A DNA stretch of 64,000 bases, taken from NCBI GenBank assembly GCA_017427265.1, contig JAFRTG010000031.1:30303-94302 (forward strand). Reading direction: 5' to 3'. The position numbers were made by a program, and so were the translations under genes. Position 1 is the first letter of the stretch; every line of letters begins with the position of its first letter. Source of the stretch: Oscillospiraceae bacterium. GTDB lineage: Bacteria > Bacillota > Clostridia > Oscillospirales > Ruminococcaceae. Below the pieces are notes generated by a model that had not been told where the DNA came from, made no database searches, and was given only the letters and a program-made list of their open reading frames with translations. This document shows, piece after piece, positions 45,671 to 55,720 of the stretch.

Positions 45671-46063
45671 TTAGCTGCTATAATCATCCTGCGATTCCGG
45701 AATCGGATCAAGAATCATCTCATCATCCTGCGGCGCAGATTCTGTTTGTTGCCGTTCGCCGGTGAAAGAAACCGTTTGAACGGTCATGCTCATTCCGTAG
45801 TGCTTTACGCCGTCCTTGTCGGTGTAATCGTCATTGTGCATAGAGCCTTCCAGCAGAATCATCGAACCTTTTTTGAAATTTCTGCCGATGAAAGCCGCCG
45901 TGCTGCCCCATGCCGTGCAGCGGAAGAAATCCGTTTTCTTTTCGCCGTTTCTCGGCGGCTGATCGACAGCCACCGAGAAATTCGTGTACTCCTTATCGGA
46001 ATTTGTTTTCCGCATCACAATGTCAGCCGTGATTCTGCCCATGATAATGACTTTATTCAGCAT
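45671..46063 (-). CDS. ssb: single-stranded DNA-binding protein
   Basis: 130 aa. OB-fold pattern MLNKVIIMGRIT...FFRCTAWG...EGSM. Acidic C-terminus. SD GGAGG. Confidence 0.85.
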   Translation of the reverse strand: MLNKVIIMGRITADIVMRKTNSDKEYTNFSVAVDQPPRNGEKKTDFFRCTAWGSTAAFIGRNFKKGSMILLEGSMHNDDYTDKDGVKHYGMSMTVQTVSFTGERQQTESAPQDDEMILDPIPESQDDYSS

Positions 46064-46066
46064 AGG

Positions 46067-46588
46067 TTATTCCTCCGTATTCTGTGTTCCGGTCTGATCG
46101 CCGGTCTGAATTGAAGTGGTGCTGCCGATATTTGCATTTGCCGGTTGTGCAGCACGCTCTCTTTTCCGTCCCGCTTCTGCGCGGATGATCTTTGTCAGCT
46201 CGTCAATGTCAATGTCATCCAGATCACCGTCAAGCTCCTGCACAATATCCAGAGCTTTCATAACCTGATCTTCTGTCATGTGTTTGGACTTCATTCGGAA
46301 AGCATCGCGCATTTTACGCTCTGTTTCTTCCTGTTGAAGCTGCTTGACAAGTGCAGTCATTGACCGAATTTCCGGTTTCAGCGCGGCAATTTCCTTTTTC
46401 AGCACAGCAAGCTGTTCCGTTTTCTTGTCCATATCAGCTTGCATACGCTTCAGCGCAGTCTGTGCAGATTTCAGCGAATACCGTTTTGGTTTTTCGGATT
46501 CATCCGGAAAGTTGACACTTGTGTCAACTTCGTCTGTTTCCGTAATATCCGGTTCAGCGGGTACAACAGGCTTCAAATACTCATCCAT
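46067..46588 (-). CDS. hypothetical coiled-coil protein
   Basis: 173 aa. Contains motif copy 6. Overlaps the upstream gene end by 8 nt. Confidence 0.6.
   Translation of the reverse strand: MDEYLKPVVPAEPDITETDEVDTSVNFPDESEKPKRYSLKSAQTALKRMQADMDKKTEQLAVLKKEIAALKPEIRSMTALVKQLQQEETERKMRDAFRMKSKHMTEDQVMKALDIVQELDGDLDDIDIDELTKIIRAEAGRKRERAAQPANANIGSTTSIQTGDQTGTQNTEE
46511..46528 (+). repeat. ICE 18-nt motif, copy 6 (palindromic variant GTTGACACTTGTGTCAAC)
   Basis: Inside the 173-aa ORF, read as VDTSVN. Confidence 0.8.
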
Positions 46589-48740
46589 TCTGACTTTCCT
46601 CCTGAATTACTGTTTTTGCAAAAAGGTCTTTTATCGTTTCGGGATAAGCAAGGCTTCCGGTTTCGTCACCGAATTCACCCTGTTCTCCGAACATAAAGCA
46701 GCCGGTGAAGATTTCCTTTGGATTTTTAGGTGTGACGGTATTGCGATTTATGACCGTCTGAATGTTCTCCTGATAGAATGCAAACGCAGGAGCAACGCGG
46801 ACTGTATCATCGAAATTGGACTTGTCCTTTTTGCCGATTACTGGAAAGTCTGACAAGGAAACCGTATTTATGATTGTATGCCCGTGCTTTCCGGAGCCGT
46901 CCAGCGCGATCACACCGCCGGTAACACCCTGCTTAATGACTTGCAGCCGGTCTGTATCTTCAAATTCGCCGCACTTGATAGTCAGCTCATTTGCATAACT
47001 GTTTGAAATCAGCGCATTTTCGGCATCGGAGCTTCCGACAGCAGCAATGCCGCCAGCAGCCATTTCGCTGTTCAGAATGATATTGCGTGCGACACAGCCT
47101 TTGATGTTTCCCCCGTAGTATTCCGGAAGTTCCTTGCCTTTTGCATCGTATGTCCGAGCGCCCTCTGCGCTGCCGACAATGCCGCCAGCATTGAAGATAT
47201 TGCCGTTTGCGGAATAATAATACACGACGGAATTGATAACATTCGCCGGTTTACCGGATATGCCGCCAGCATAAAGGATGTAATCATCGAGATATGCGAA
47301 GATGCCGAAGTCAGTTACATAGCAGTCCTCGATCTGACCGCCGTTGCCGGTGATGCCGCCAACGGCAAATTCTGCTTTCTTCGTTTCCTCTGGAACAGTC
47401 GTTGTTGTTTCAATGGGATTGCCCTCATCATCGTATTCAATCAGATCAGGCGGCACAACCTCCGGCGCATAGACAACAGCCGTTGTCGTGACAGGTGTTT
47501 CTTCCTGCGGAATCTCTGCCCTGATTGCACTGTGCGATACCGAGCAATGCTGAATCAGCGTTTCACCGGTTTCGTAGGTTGTACCGTCCTCTGTCTTATA
47601 GTGATAATTGTAGGCATTACAGACGATAAAGCCATAATCGCGGTATACTTGCGTATTGATATTTGAGCTGCGGATATTCACATTCTTAATAACCGCGCCC
47701 GAAACCTTATCAAACAGCGGAGCGTCCAGATTTTCAATGAGAAAACCGCCGCCGTCGTACTCGAAGTATTCCGCTTTTGGATCGGCTTTCAGCTCGTTTA
47801 CTGTGCTGATCGGCGTATGTGAAGCCCATTCCGGAAAAGTAATATCTGCGGTCTGCTTGAAATAGCCGCGTGCCTTTTCTTCTCCCATCAGCTCCAATTG
47901 ATCGAAATAGTCAATCAGGTACGGATCGTCCTTTGTACCGCTGCCGCCGCCATACTTGACAAGCACGCGATAGAGCTTTGTGTCAGCAGAGAATTCATAT
48001 TCCCGACCACCGTAATATTCGATTTTCTTCCCGTTCGGATCAGAAGTAAAGCCCCATGAGTAGCCCTGCACATGGGTAAAATAGTCCGTCTTGTCGAATT
48101 GCGGCAGCTCGATAACCGCTTTCCCGTTGCTGACTGCACCCTTAAGCTGCAAATCTTCAACCGGAGTTGCAGAATAGCTGCGGTCAATCGTGACCGTGAT
48201 CTGCTCTGCATCGTCAGCAATCGCGTTCTGCGCGGGAATAATCAAACCGTCCTCTGCCGTGTTCGCCGTCGGCGTATTGGTCGTTTCCGAACCCGCACGC
48301 GCCATACCAAGCATCTTGCCGCCCATGAAGCTGAACAGCGCGATCACGCCAGCACCGGCAAAAATGCCGAGAATCAGAAACGGTGATGTTTTCTTCTTCT
48401 TTCGCACGACACCGTGCTTATCCTTCTTTTCAGACGGTTCGATCAGCAATTCACCGCTGGACAGAAACACAGCCTTGCCGGTGTCGATCAAATCCTCGAA
48501 TACTTCCGGCTGCAATGCTGCATGAATTTTCTCGTCCGTCTGATACAGCGTGTAGTCCACCATAATTGCAGATTTCGGTTTGTACTGTGATACAAATTCT
48601 TTGTATTCGTGCTGTTCAAACAGCACTTCCTTTTCCAGCTTCGGCGGAGAGCTGCTTTCCTTATCCTCCGTCAGAATCGGGTAGAATGTGCGGACTTTTC
48701 CTTTTCCCGCTTCTACCGTTGCTTTGCAAAAATAATTCAA
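46581..48740 (-). CDS. membrane-anchored surface protein with GLUG-like glycine repeats
   Basis: 719 aa. TM FLILGIFAGAGVIALFSF. Repeated GGI(T/S/V/A)G...N(S/C)Y-type motifs in the C-terminal half. Confidence 0.65.
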   Translation of the reverse strand: MNYFCKATVEAGKGKVRTFYPILTEDKESSSPPKLEKEVLFEQHEYKEFVSQYKPKSAIMVDYTLYQTDEKIHAALQPEVFEDLIDTGKAVFLSSGELLIEPSEKKDKHGVVRKKKKTSPFLILGIFAGAGVIALFSFMGGKMLGMARAGSETTNTPTANTAEDGLIIPAQNAIADDAEQITVTIDRSYSATPVEDLQLKGAVSNGKAVIELPQFDKTDYFTHVQGYSWGFTSDPNGKKIEYYGGREYEFSADTKLYRVLVKYGGGSGTKDDPYLIDYFDQLELMGEEKARGYFKQTADITFPEWASHTPISTVNELKADPKAEYFEYDGGGFLIENLDAPLFDKVSGAVIKNVNIRSSNINTQVYRDYGFIVCNAYNYHYKTEDGTTYETGETLIQHCSVSHSAIRAEIPQEETPVTTTAVVYAPEVVPPDLIEYDDEGNPIETTTTVPEETKKAEFAVGGITGNGGQIEDCYVTDFGIFAYLDDYILYAGGISGKPANVINSVVYYYSANGNIFNAGGIVGSAEGARTYDAKGKELPEYYGGNIKGCVARNIILNSEMAAGGIAAVGSSDAENALISNSYANELTIKCGEFEDTDRLQVIKQGVTGGVIALDGSGKHGHTIINTVSLSDFPVIGKKDKSNFDDTVRVAPAFAFYQENIQTVINRNTVTPKNPKEIFTGCFMFGEQGEFGDETGSLAYPETIKDLFAKTVIQEESQNG

Positions 48741-49036
48741 TTCAACCCCTCCTTCGCCTTTTTCCGTTCGCGTATAATCATGATTGTGCAGAAACCGCCG
48801 CCGACACCGAGAACGACCAGATCAATCGGATAGAAACGCCAGCCGGTTTCTTCCGTTTCATCAGTCACGGATTGTTCCGTCTGTTCTGTTTCAGGCTGCT
48901 GCGTATTTCTGTTTACCGTTCTGAAAAGAAGAAACACAATCAGAATCACCGCAATAACAGTGAATATCTTGTTATGCGATGTAAAATCACGGACTTTCTC
49001 AACCCGTTTGCTGTGACCGCCTTTCAAGTTACGCAC
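48737..49036 (-). CDS. small membrane protein
   Basis: 99 aa with two hydrophobic segments. 4-nt overlaps on both sides. Confidence 0.55.
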   Translation of the reverse strand: MRNLKGGHSKRVEKVRDFTSHNKIFTVIAVILIVFLLFRTVNRNTQQPETEQTEQSVTDETEETGWRFYPIDLVVLGVGGGFCTIMIIRERKKAKEGLN

Positions 49037-50996
49037 CTCCTGTCAAATCAAGATTCATGCCCAGCTCGATCAGATTTTCCCATTGCTTGTCTGCATCGGT
49101 AAATCCGAGAGCCGTCATGACGGTATCCTTATCATAGGTGAATAAACCGATAGAATGCAGCGTATGCTGATGATCGCAAGTATAATATGTCGTTGAAATA
49201 TATTGGTCAGTGTTATTAAGTGCTGTTGCCGCTGCTGATACTTCGCCGTTTAATTGTGATAACATACTTGCACCGAGATTTTCATCAATATACAGCCCCC
49301 ACCTATTAAAAGCATACGACCAATTATTGACTGCCTGTTCAAATACGGCATAGGTATTCTCTACTTGCTGCCATGCATAGGATTGTCCAGCAGCCGGTGT
49401 ATTGTAATAGGTATTGAGTGCAGCGACATAATCATTGCAGCGCGGAACAACCATGATATTCCAGTCATCGCGCCGCGTAATTGCATCAGTTAATGCTTGT
49501 TGTGCTGTTGCATACGCAGGATTTGGATGAGAATCGTGATGCTCCGAGCAGTTGTTTTGCGCACATTGCTGATTTGCGTGTGTGGTATCCGACCATTGCA
49601 CGGCAGCATCCACAATCTGATTGAATATATCCTGTGTGTAGGTGATCTGATAGATTTGCTGTTGTGTTCCGTGTGTATTGTTCTCCTGCATTTGCAGATA
49701 CACATAGGCAATAGCGATTGCTTCTTCTTCCGGCATAGAGATCATCCACGCATTGATAAGCGATGCTTTCCATGTAGGAATCGCAAATCCTCTGGTATAT
49801 TGCGTCACAGTACCAACCTCGCTTCGCTCCATGTATACGAGATCACTTCTCCGCAAGTCTGATGCGCTGTAATACAAGCCGTTAATCAAGGTTGAGAAGT
49901 TCCCCTTGTTTCGGTCACAGGCGATACGGTAATACTCTCGCGCATCATCCAAATCGGTATCGTCAATACCGACTTGCTGGGTATAGGAGATTGCTTGTGT
50001 CGCGTCCTGCGTGCTTGCACCGCCCATGAGGATAACTACAATGCTCAATATGACATAAATGACTACCGCAAAAAAGAGAATCACCCATGTAACCGGATTG
50101 ATAAGCGCAGCAGCAATGTGAACGACAATGTTTGCCATAATCCGTGCTGTCTTTGCTGTCACTTTTGCCGTGCGCTTTGCAGTATTGGCGATAACACGGG
50201 GAGCTTTTTTGACTACCTTTCCCGTTGCCTTTACTGTCTTTGCAGCAGATTTCGCAGTCTGAACAGTTGTCTTTGCTGTGCTGATTGTTTTCTTTCCGGT
50301 ACGGTATGCAAGCCGCAGACTTTCGATGCCGTGATCGGCGGTATCGCTGCGGTTGATTTTCCTGTCCAGAACATTGGCTCTACGCGCCGTGTCCCGCAAG
50401 GTTCTCCGAATCGGTGCGGCAAGGATTTTTCTTGCACGCCCTGTCCGTTTATTGACGATTTCCCGATTTTCCTCTAAACGCGGCTGTAAATCTGCTTCCG
50501 TCTTTTTTACAAATTCATCAATAGGCTTTGTCCGTTTCTGTACCTGTTGCAGCGCATCATCTGTCTGATTGCGCAGTTCCGTGAGCTGCACCTTCTGCTC
50601 TGAAAGCTGTTCGCGCTGTTCGGTGAGCTGATTGATCTCTTTTTGCAGAGAGCTTTTTACTGCTTCATCATCGGTTTCGCGCAATGCCTGTTGTTTTTCT
50701 GCCAGCGAATTGTTTGTCTGTGTGAGCTGCCGTTCGGTCTTGTTCAGTTCATTTGTAATCTCTGTCCGCTGCTGTTTTAACTGTTCATCAGTCTTTTTCA
50801 GGTCTTGCTGAACAGCCCTTAATTCCTGCGCATTCTGGATTTTTTGTTCCCCGACGAATACAGACTGCTGATTGGAAGAATTCTCCTTGATTTTGGTATC
50901 CGCTTTTTCGACAACAAGCTGTGCCTTTTTCAAAAGAGCATCCGACTTTGATTTCAATTCTTCCAGCTTCGCTTTCGGTGCATCGTCCACATTCAT
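49029..50996 (-). CDS. T4SS-associated membrane protein with N-terminal coiled coil
   Basis: About 655 aa. ATG 50996 after AAAGG. Long Q/E/K coiled coil, TM cluster, Cys/His-containing C-terminal domain. No hydrolase motif recognised. Confidence 0.6.
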   Translation of the reverse strand: MNVDDAPKAKLEELKSKSDALLKKAQLVVEKADTKIKENSSNQQSVFVGEQKIQNAQELRAVQQDLKKTDEQLKQQRTEITNELNKTERQLTQTNNSLAEKQQALRETDDEAVKSSLQKEINQLTEQREQLSEQKVQLTELRNQTDDALQQVQKRTKPIDEFVKKTEADLQPRLEENREIVNKRTGRARKILAAPIRRTLRDTARRANVLDRKINRSDTADHGIESLRLAYRTGKKTISTAKTTVQTAKSAAKTVKATGKVVKKAPRVIANTAKRTAKVTAKTARIMANIVVHIAAALINPVTWVILFFAVVIYVILSIVVILMGGASTQDATQAISYTQQVGIDDTDLDDAREYYRIACDRNKGNFSTLINGLYYSASDLRRSDLVYMERSEVGTVTQYTRGFAIPTWKASLINAWMISMPEEEAIAIAYVYLQMQENNTHGTQQQIYQITYTQDIFNQIVDAAVQWSDTTHANQQCAQNNCSEHHDSHPNPAYATAQQALTDAITRRDDWNIMVVPRCNDYVAALNTYYNTPAAGQSYAWQQVENTYAVFEQAVNNWSYAFNRWGLYIDENLGASMLSQLNGEVSAAATALNNTDQYISTTYYTCDHQHTLHSIGLFTYDKDTVMTALGFTDADKQWENLIELGMNLDLTGGA

Positions 50997-51030
50997 CACC
51001 GCCTTTCAAAAGCCGATATGTACTGGCTTC

Positions 51031-53508
51031 TTATGTGTGCTGCTCTCCGAATTTCGTCGAAATGATCTTATATATCTTCGTATCAGACGGGAATCGTGCG
51101 TCGAATGGGATTGTTCCGTATGCACCAGCGTATATTAGTCCGCTGCCGCTTGGCGGATTGTTGACATACTGCATCGTATCCGGCGAGATGTGCAGCAGAT
51201 CGGAAAGTTGTTCGCGGTCAGTCGTATTTTGCGCCAGCATAACGACAAACTGCGTATTCGAGAGCATTGTTCTTGCGAGCTGTGAACGAAGCAAATCATC
51301 CACATTCTGCGTGATGCCGGTCGGAATACCGCCCCATTTTCTCGCACGCTTGTAAAGCTCATAGAAGAAGTTTGCTGACTGTTCGGATTTGAACAAAAGA
51401 TACATCTCGTCGATATATATGCGCGTGCCGATACCGCGTGCGCGGTTCTTTGCCACTCTGTCCCACAGGTTTTCCAGCACGATCATCATGCCGAGCGTTT
51501 GCAGATTCTTTCCAAGCTCTTTAATGTCATAGACCACGATGCGCTTATTGATATTCACATTGGATTCATTCGCAAAAACGCTCATGCTGCCATGCACATA
51601 CAAATGCAAGGTCTGACGGAGATATGTCACAGCACTCTTTGTTTCGTCCGGAGCTTCCTTCTCGTACAGTTCCAATTCTGCGTAGTATTCCTTCAAAGTC
51701 GGTTTTTCATATTTGTTGTAAGTGTTGTGCATGACCGTATCAATGATCGTTTTCTGAATCGGGCTGATTTCCTGATTGCCCATGATGCAGGAGAAGAATG
51801 AAAGCAGGAAGTCCAGCTTCGCCGTGATCGGATTGTATTCCTTATCGTCTTTATCCGGATTCTCCGTCAAGTCAAGAGGATTGATGTGAGTCTTGGAATT
51901 CTCGGAAATGTAGATTACCTCACCGCCTAGCAATTCTGCCAGCGCGGTATATTCCCGTTCGGGATCGAGGATTAGGATTTCATCCGTTGTGGCAAGGATT
52001 GAAAAAATCATTTCCAGCTTTGCAAGGAAGCTCTTGCCGCTTCCGGGCACGCCGAAAATAAAGCCGTTCGGATTGGCAAGCTGTCTGCGATCAAACATAA
52101 TGATGCTGTGCGCAAGCTGATTCTCGCCATAATACAAGCCACCCTTATGCAGCAGTTCACGCGCATTGAACGGCATGAAAACCGCCGTACTCGCAGTTGA
52201 CATGGTACGGCGCACTTGCAAATTGTTTTCAGTGTCACAGGAATTGCTGTTTCCGACCGGCAATGCCGAAGCAAATGCGACCTCCTGACGGTACGGCGCA
52301 TTCATGGATTCAATCTGATTTGTACGAAGAATCGTCTGGATTGTTTCCGTTGCACTTTGCAATTCATCGTAAGAATCCGCAGTCAGCATAATAATCCATT
52401 GGCAAAATGTCATCTTCTGATTCTTGCTTTCAAGACTTTCAATGAATTCAGCGGTTTCCTCCATGCTCTTTTCAAGTGCAGTACCCTTGACCGGATCGAC
52501 AAATGCGCCCTTTGCTGCATCAGATGCCTTTTTGGTCTTTGTAATTGCTTCCTGATTCATGTCAGTCTGCTTATGCCGAAGCATCTTGATTGCGTCAGCC
52601 TGTTCGACAAACTCGATGTTTTCCGTGATAATCATGGAGAGATTCGTTTCAAGCAGTTCCTTGAACAGCGAATCCTTCATTTCAATCGAAGGAAGTTTTC
52701 GGAAATACAGGCATCGTGCAAATTTTGCGTTATACATGAAATAGTCACGCTTAAACTCGAAATACTCCGGACAGCAAAGCTGTTTTTCTGCTTTCCGTTC
52801 AAATTCCTGCCGAGTAATCGGTTCAAGTTCTTCATTGGCATCATAGAGAATGTCTGTCATAAGACGGACGCGGTCATTTGCTGTCATCGGGATAGGCTGT
52901 GTACCGATCTGTGTCAGGCAGCTTCTCAGGTGAAGTTCGATATTAAAGAATTTTTCGTTCGCGGCTTCGAGAGAAATTGCCGTTGTTGTCACCGTGAAAT
53001 ACTTTTTGCATTGCAGACCGTTCTGACCGTTCATGATCTTGTCGTGCATGATTCCGTTAAATTCATGCCGTTCTTCATCAAGACCGTCACTCATATCTTT
53101 CAGCAGCAGCCGTTCGCTGAATTCATCCCTGTTGATCTGACTGTTTACGAGCGATACTTGCAGAGAAACCGTGCTGTCAAAGCCATTCAAAAGTGTCATA
53201 TACACACCGAAGATTTCTTCCTGCTGTTCCCGCGTCAGCGCAGAATAGTTAATATCCGGCACGAGATACGATTTTGAATAGAGATTCATTGTTTCTCTGC
53301 CAACGCGGACACCGCTGCGCAGGAGCATGACATGATTACTGACAAACTTTTCATACGGCAGGGTATCCATTACCGTCCGCTTCACTTTTCGCTTTGACTT
53401 TGTTTTCTTCTGTTTGGACTGCTTTTTCTGTTCTGCTTCACGAATTTTGTCGAGATCGCGTGCTGACGGAGCATCTGTACTGTTCTTCTTTTTGCTGAAA
53501 AGTCCCAT
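51031..53508 (-). CDS. VirB4-family conjugative ATPase
   Basis: 825 aa from the ATG after AGGAG. Walker A GVPGSGKS, Walker B RIYIDEMY. Confidence 0.88.
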   Translation of the reverse strand: MGLFSKKKNSTDAPSARDLDKIREAEQKKQSKQKKTKSKRKVKRTVMDTLPYEKFVSNHVMLLRSGVRVGRETMNLYSKSYLVPDINYSALTREQQEEIFGVYMTLLNGFDSTVSLQVSLVNSQINRDEFSERLLLKDMSDGLDEERHEFNGIMHDKIMNGQNGLQCKKYFTVTTTAISLEAANEKFFNIELHLRSCLTQIGTQPIPMTANDRVRLMTDILYDANEELEPITRQEFERKAEKQLCCPEYFEFKRDYFMYNAKFARCLYFRKLPSIEMKDSLFKELLETNLSMIITENIEFVEQADAIKMLRHKQTDMNQEAITKTKKASDAAKGAFVDPVKGTALEKSMEETAEFIESLESKNQKMTFCQWIIMLTADSYDELQSATETIQTILRTNQIESMNAPYRQEVAFASALPVGNSNSCDTENNLQVRRTMSTASTAVFMPFNARELLHKGGLYYGENQLAHSIIMFDRRQLANPNGFIFGVPGSGKSFLAKLEMIFSILATTDEILILDPEREYTALAELLGGEVIYISENSKTHINPLDLTENPDKDDKEYNPITAKLDFLLSFFSCIMGNQEISPIQKTIIDTVMHNTYNKYEKPTLKEYYAELELYEKEAPDETKSAVTYLRQTLHLYVHGSMSVFANESNVNINKRIVVYDIKELGKNLQTLGMMIVLENLWDRVAKNRARGIGTRIYIDEMYLLFKSEQSANFFYELYKRARKWGGIPTGITQNVDDLLRSQLARTMLSNTQFVVMLAQNTTDREQLSDLLHISPDTMQYVNNPPSGSGLIYAGAYGTIPFDARFPSDTKIYKIISTKFGEQHT

Positions 53509-53510
53509 GT

Positions 53511-53903
53511 TCACTCACTCCTTTCCTCATATTCTCCGCTTGCGATTCGCTGCTGTACGATTTCTTCTTCAATCTGCATATTTCGCAGAATCAGACCGCA
53601 GTTTTCTTCGGTATTTTCAAATACCCGTTTCTGCGGCAGAAATGTAAAACGGAGCATTGACTTTGCGTATTCCTCAAATCGCATATCCTGAAATGTTACA
53701 AACCCCCATGCGAGAATCGGGGCTGAAATAATAATAATTGCCCACATAAGAATATCCGTTGAAATGTAATTCCGACCGAACACACCAAGCGGGACACCGA
53801 TCAAAATTGCCAGACCGAGAGAAATAACCTGTCTGACCGATAAACCGGCAATCAGCTTCGATTTATATGCGCGAATCTCTGCGGGGATTTTTTGTTCGAG
53901 CAT
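53511..53903 (-). CDS. PrgI/TcpE-family (VirB3-like) membrane protein
   Basis: 130 aa from ATG 53903 after GGAGGTG. Two adjacent TM helices. Directly precedes virB4. Confidence 0.75.
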   Translation of the reverse strand: MLEQKIPAEIRAYKSKLIAGLSVRQVISLGLAILIGVPLGVFGRNYISTDILMWAIIIISAPILAWGFVTFQDMRFEEYAKSMLRFTFLPQKRVFENTEENCGLILRNMQIEEEIVQQRIASGEYEERSE

Positions 53904-53921
53904 TTGCTTCACCTCCAAAAA

Positions 53922-53939
53922 GTTGCTACTTGTGTCAAC
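53922..53939 (+). repeat. ICE 18-nt motif, copy 7 (exact)
   Basis: Intergenic, between the VirB6-like stop codon and the SD of the PrgI-like gene. Confidence 0.9.
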
Positions 53940-53940
53940 T

Positions 53941-55116
53941 CTAGCTTGTGCCGCATATTCGCTTTGCCCACGCTCCGGACTTAATGACACCCAAGCCGAG
54001 CGAGATCAGAGCGATAAACTGCATCATTTTCGTGTGATTCAGTCCGTTTGCGCCGGATGCAATGTAGCTCGTAACACCGACATATACAACAAACATACAG
54101 ACAATCACACCGATCTGGATGACCGTTGCGATATAATTCTTGAGAAAGCTCTTTGCAACATCTGTTGTCGTATCAGATGCAAAGGTAGCAATGGGCAGCG
54201 GGGCAAAAATGGTATAGACTGCCAGCTCGAAGATACGACCAATCGCAATGACAAAGATAATGTATGCTATCGCTTTCATAACAAGAAAATATGGTTGCCA
54301 GAACAGAATTTCCAGCGTCGGCGTAAACGAAAGCATTGTTGTCGGATTACCAAAGGGATGTGCTTCAAAGTTGTATACCGTTCCGGACGGAAATGTGGCA
54401 TTCGGGTAAAACATCTTCACAGCGTCCTGCGATATTTCATAGGTAAAGGGATGACGAAGGTTGCTTGCACCGACATTCTCCCAAAAGCGAATCCAGCCCT
54501 GATACCAGTGATCGGCTTGAAACACATCCTGCAAAAGACCTTCCTCGACATTGATTGTATATGTTACACGGTGTCCAGCCGGCAAGAAGTTTGGAACAGC
54601 ACCGGCACGATTCAGAGTTGAAAACGCGCTGTAAATATGACCGATAATCACATCTGCATTCTGCACGACCTGTTTCACAACGACGATCTTGATTAAGAAT
54701 ATCAGCACATTTTCCCATTTACTAGACCACTCGAAATTTACGGTCTTGCGAAAGAAATCGACCATCAAGAGCAGCACCGCAACAATCAGAGCAAGTGATC
54801 TGCTTGCGCTGATAATTCCGGACGCAACGCCGGTTGATGTACTCATGTTTATGACTGTATACGGAGATACTTGCGAAAACTGAAACGCTTTTTGCAGCAC
54901 TTCATTCGCTTCATCGACATTTTCTGTGATCGTTACATAAACATCCTGAATGTCGTTATTGAAAATATCTGTTCCTGCGTAGGCAACTACCGGAAAAAAG
55001 ATATTCATGAGTCCCGCGATAATCACAAACAGATATATATTTCTCCGAATCTTCTCAAATTTGCTCATCGGCGGCTTTACGCGATGCTTCCGGAGCGTCG
55101 GAGCTTTTATTCGCAT
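53941..55116 (-). CDS. VirB6-like polytopic T4SS membrane protein
   Basis: 391 aa from the ATG after GAGGGGGGTG. At least 6 TM segments. Position between the pilin-like and PrgI-like genes. Confidence 0.7.
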   Translation of the reverse strand: MRIKAPTLRKHRVKPPMSKFEKIRRNIYLFVIIAGLMNIFFPVVAYAGTDIFNNDIQDVYVTITENVDEANEVLQKAFQFSQVSPYTVINMSTSTGVASGIISASRSLALIVAVLLLMVDFFRKTVNFEWSSKWENVLIFLIKIVVVKQVVQNADVIIGHIYSAFSTLNRAGAVPNFLPAGHRVTYTINVEEGLLQDVFQADHWYQGWIRFWENVGASNLRHPFTYEISQDAVKMFYPNATFPSGTVYNFEAHPFGNPTTMLSFTPTLEILFWQPYFLVMKAIAYIIFVIAIGRIFELAVYTIFAPLPIATFASDTTTDVAKSFLKNYIATVIQIGVIVCMFVVYVGVTSYIASGANGLNHTKMMQFIALISLGLGVIKSGAWAKRICGTS

Positions 55117-55130
55117 CTGAATCACCCCCC

Positions 55131-55616
55131 TCACGAAACGAAAAGCGGCAGAAGCGCGGATACCGACATACAAATAGCACCCGCTGCAAATGTTTTCAAA
55201 CCGTTGATTTTATTACCGGCATTTTCATCTTTAATCGCAAAGCCGAACATTGTCGCGCCGATCAATGCAGCAAGCGCACCAACGCGCCGTGTCCATCTGC
55301 CGATGAATGTCATAATAGCTGTAAAAATAGTTGTCGCATTCCCTGCTGTCAATGAGAAAAAGCCCATGTTCCGGACTGCTGAAATTATCATGAAGCCGGA
55401 AACCATGACAAGTGCCGCCTGAATCTGCTCCCGTGCATCATCAGCTTTGATTGACAGCGCAAACTTAATTGCGCCGATAAATGCAACCATACCGCCGATC
55501 CGTGCAATCCACAGGCTAAAAAAGTCTATACCGGTCTGTGCAAGCTGTGCCGGTGTTCCGGCAGGAGGAGCCGGTAAGATTGCGGCAATCGTCATCATCA
55601 TTTGCGATAATACCAT
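55131..55616 (-). CDS. tandem-duplicated Maff2/VirB2-like small membrane protein
   Basis: 161 aa from the ATG after AGGAGG. Two internal repeats (WIARIGGMVAFIGAIKFALSIKADD / IGRWTRRVGALAALIGATMFGFAIKDEN), each like the neighbouring 112-aa protein. Confidence 0.65.
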   Translation of the reverse strand: MVLSQMMMTIAAILPAPPAGTPAQLAQTGIDFFSLWIARIGGMVAFIGAIKFALSIKADDAREQIQAALVMVSGFMIISAVRNMGFFSLTAGNATTIFTAIMTFIGRWTRRVGALAALIGATMFGFAIKDENAGNKINGLKTFAAGAICMSVSALLPLFVS

Positions 55617-55639
55617 AATACCTCCTGTTCTGAAAAGTG

Positions 55640-55672
55640 TGCTGCCCCTGACGGGCAGGGGCAGCAGCACAA
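55640..55672 (-). terminator. weak terminator/attenuator between the pilin-like paralogues
   Basis: On the minus strand, GCTGCCCCTG-CCCGT-CAGGGGCAGC followed by ACACTTTTC. Confidence 0.45.
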
Positions 55673-55720
55673 AGTAAGGAAATAGGGAATATCGGGAAAA
55701 TCGGGAAAGGACTCTGCTGA

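Noticed and set aside
53511-53990. Long (159-aa) version of the PrgI-like ORF that would translate motif copy 7 as RVDTSSNF.
   Set aside because: It needs a GTG start inside the upstream gene with no SD. ATG 53903 has a perfect GGAGGTG at the correct spacing and gives the usual ~130-aa protein.
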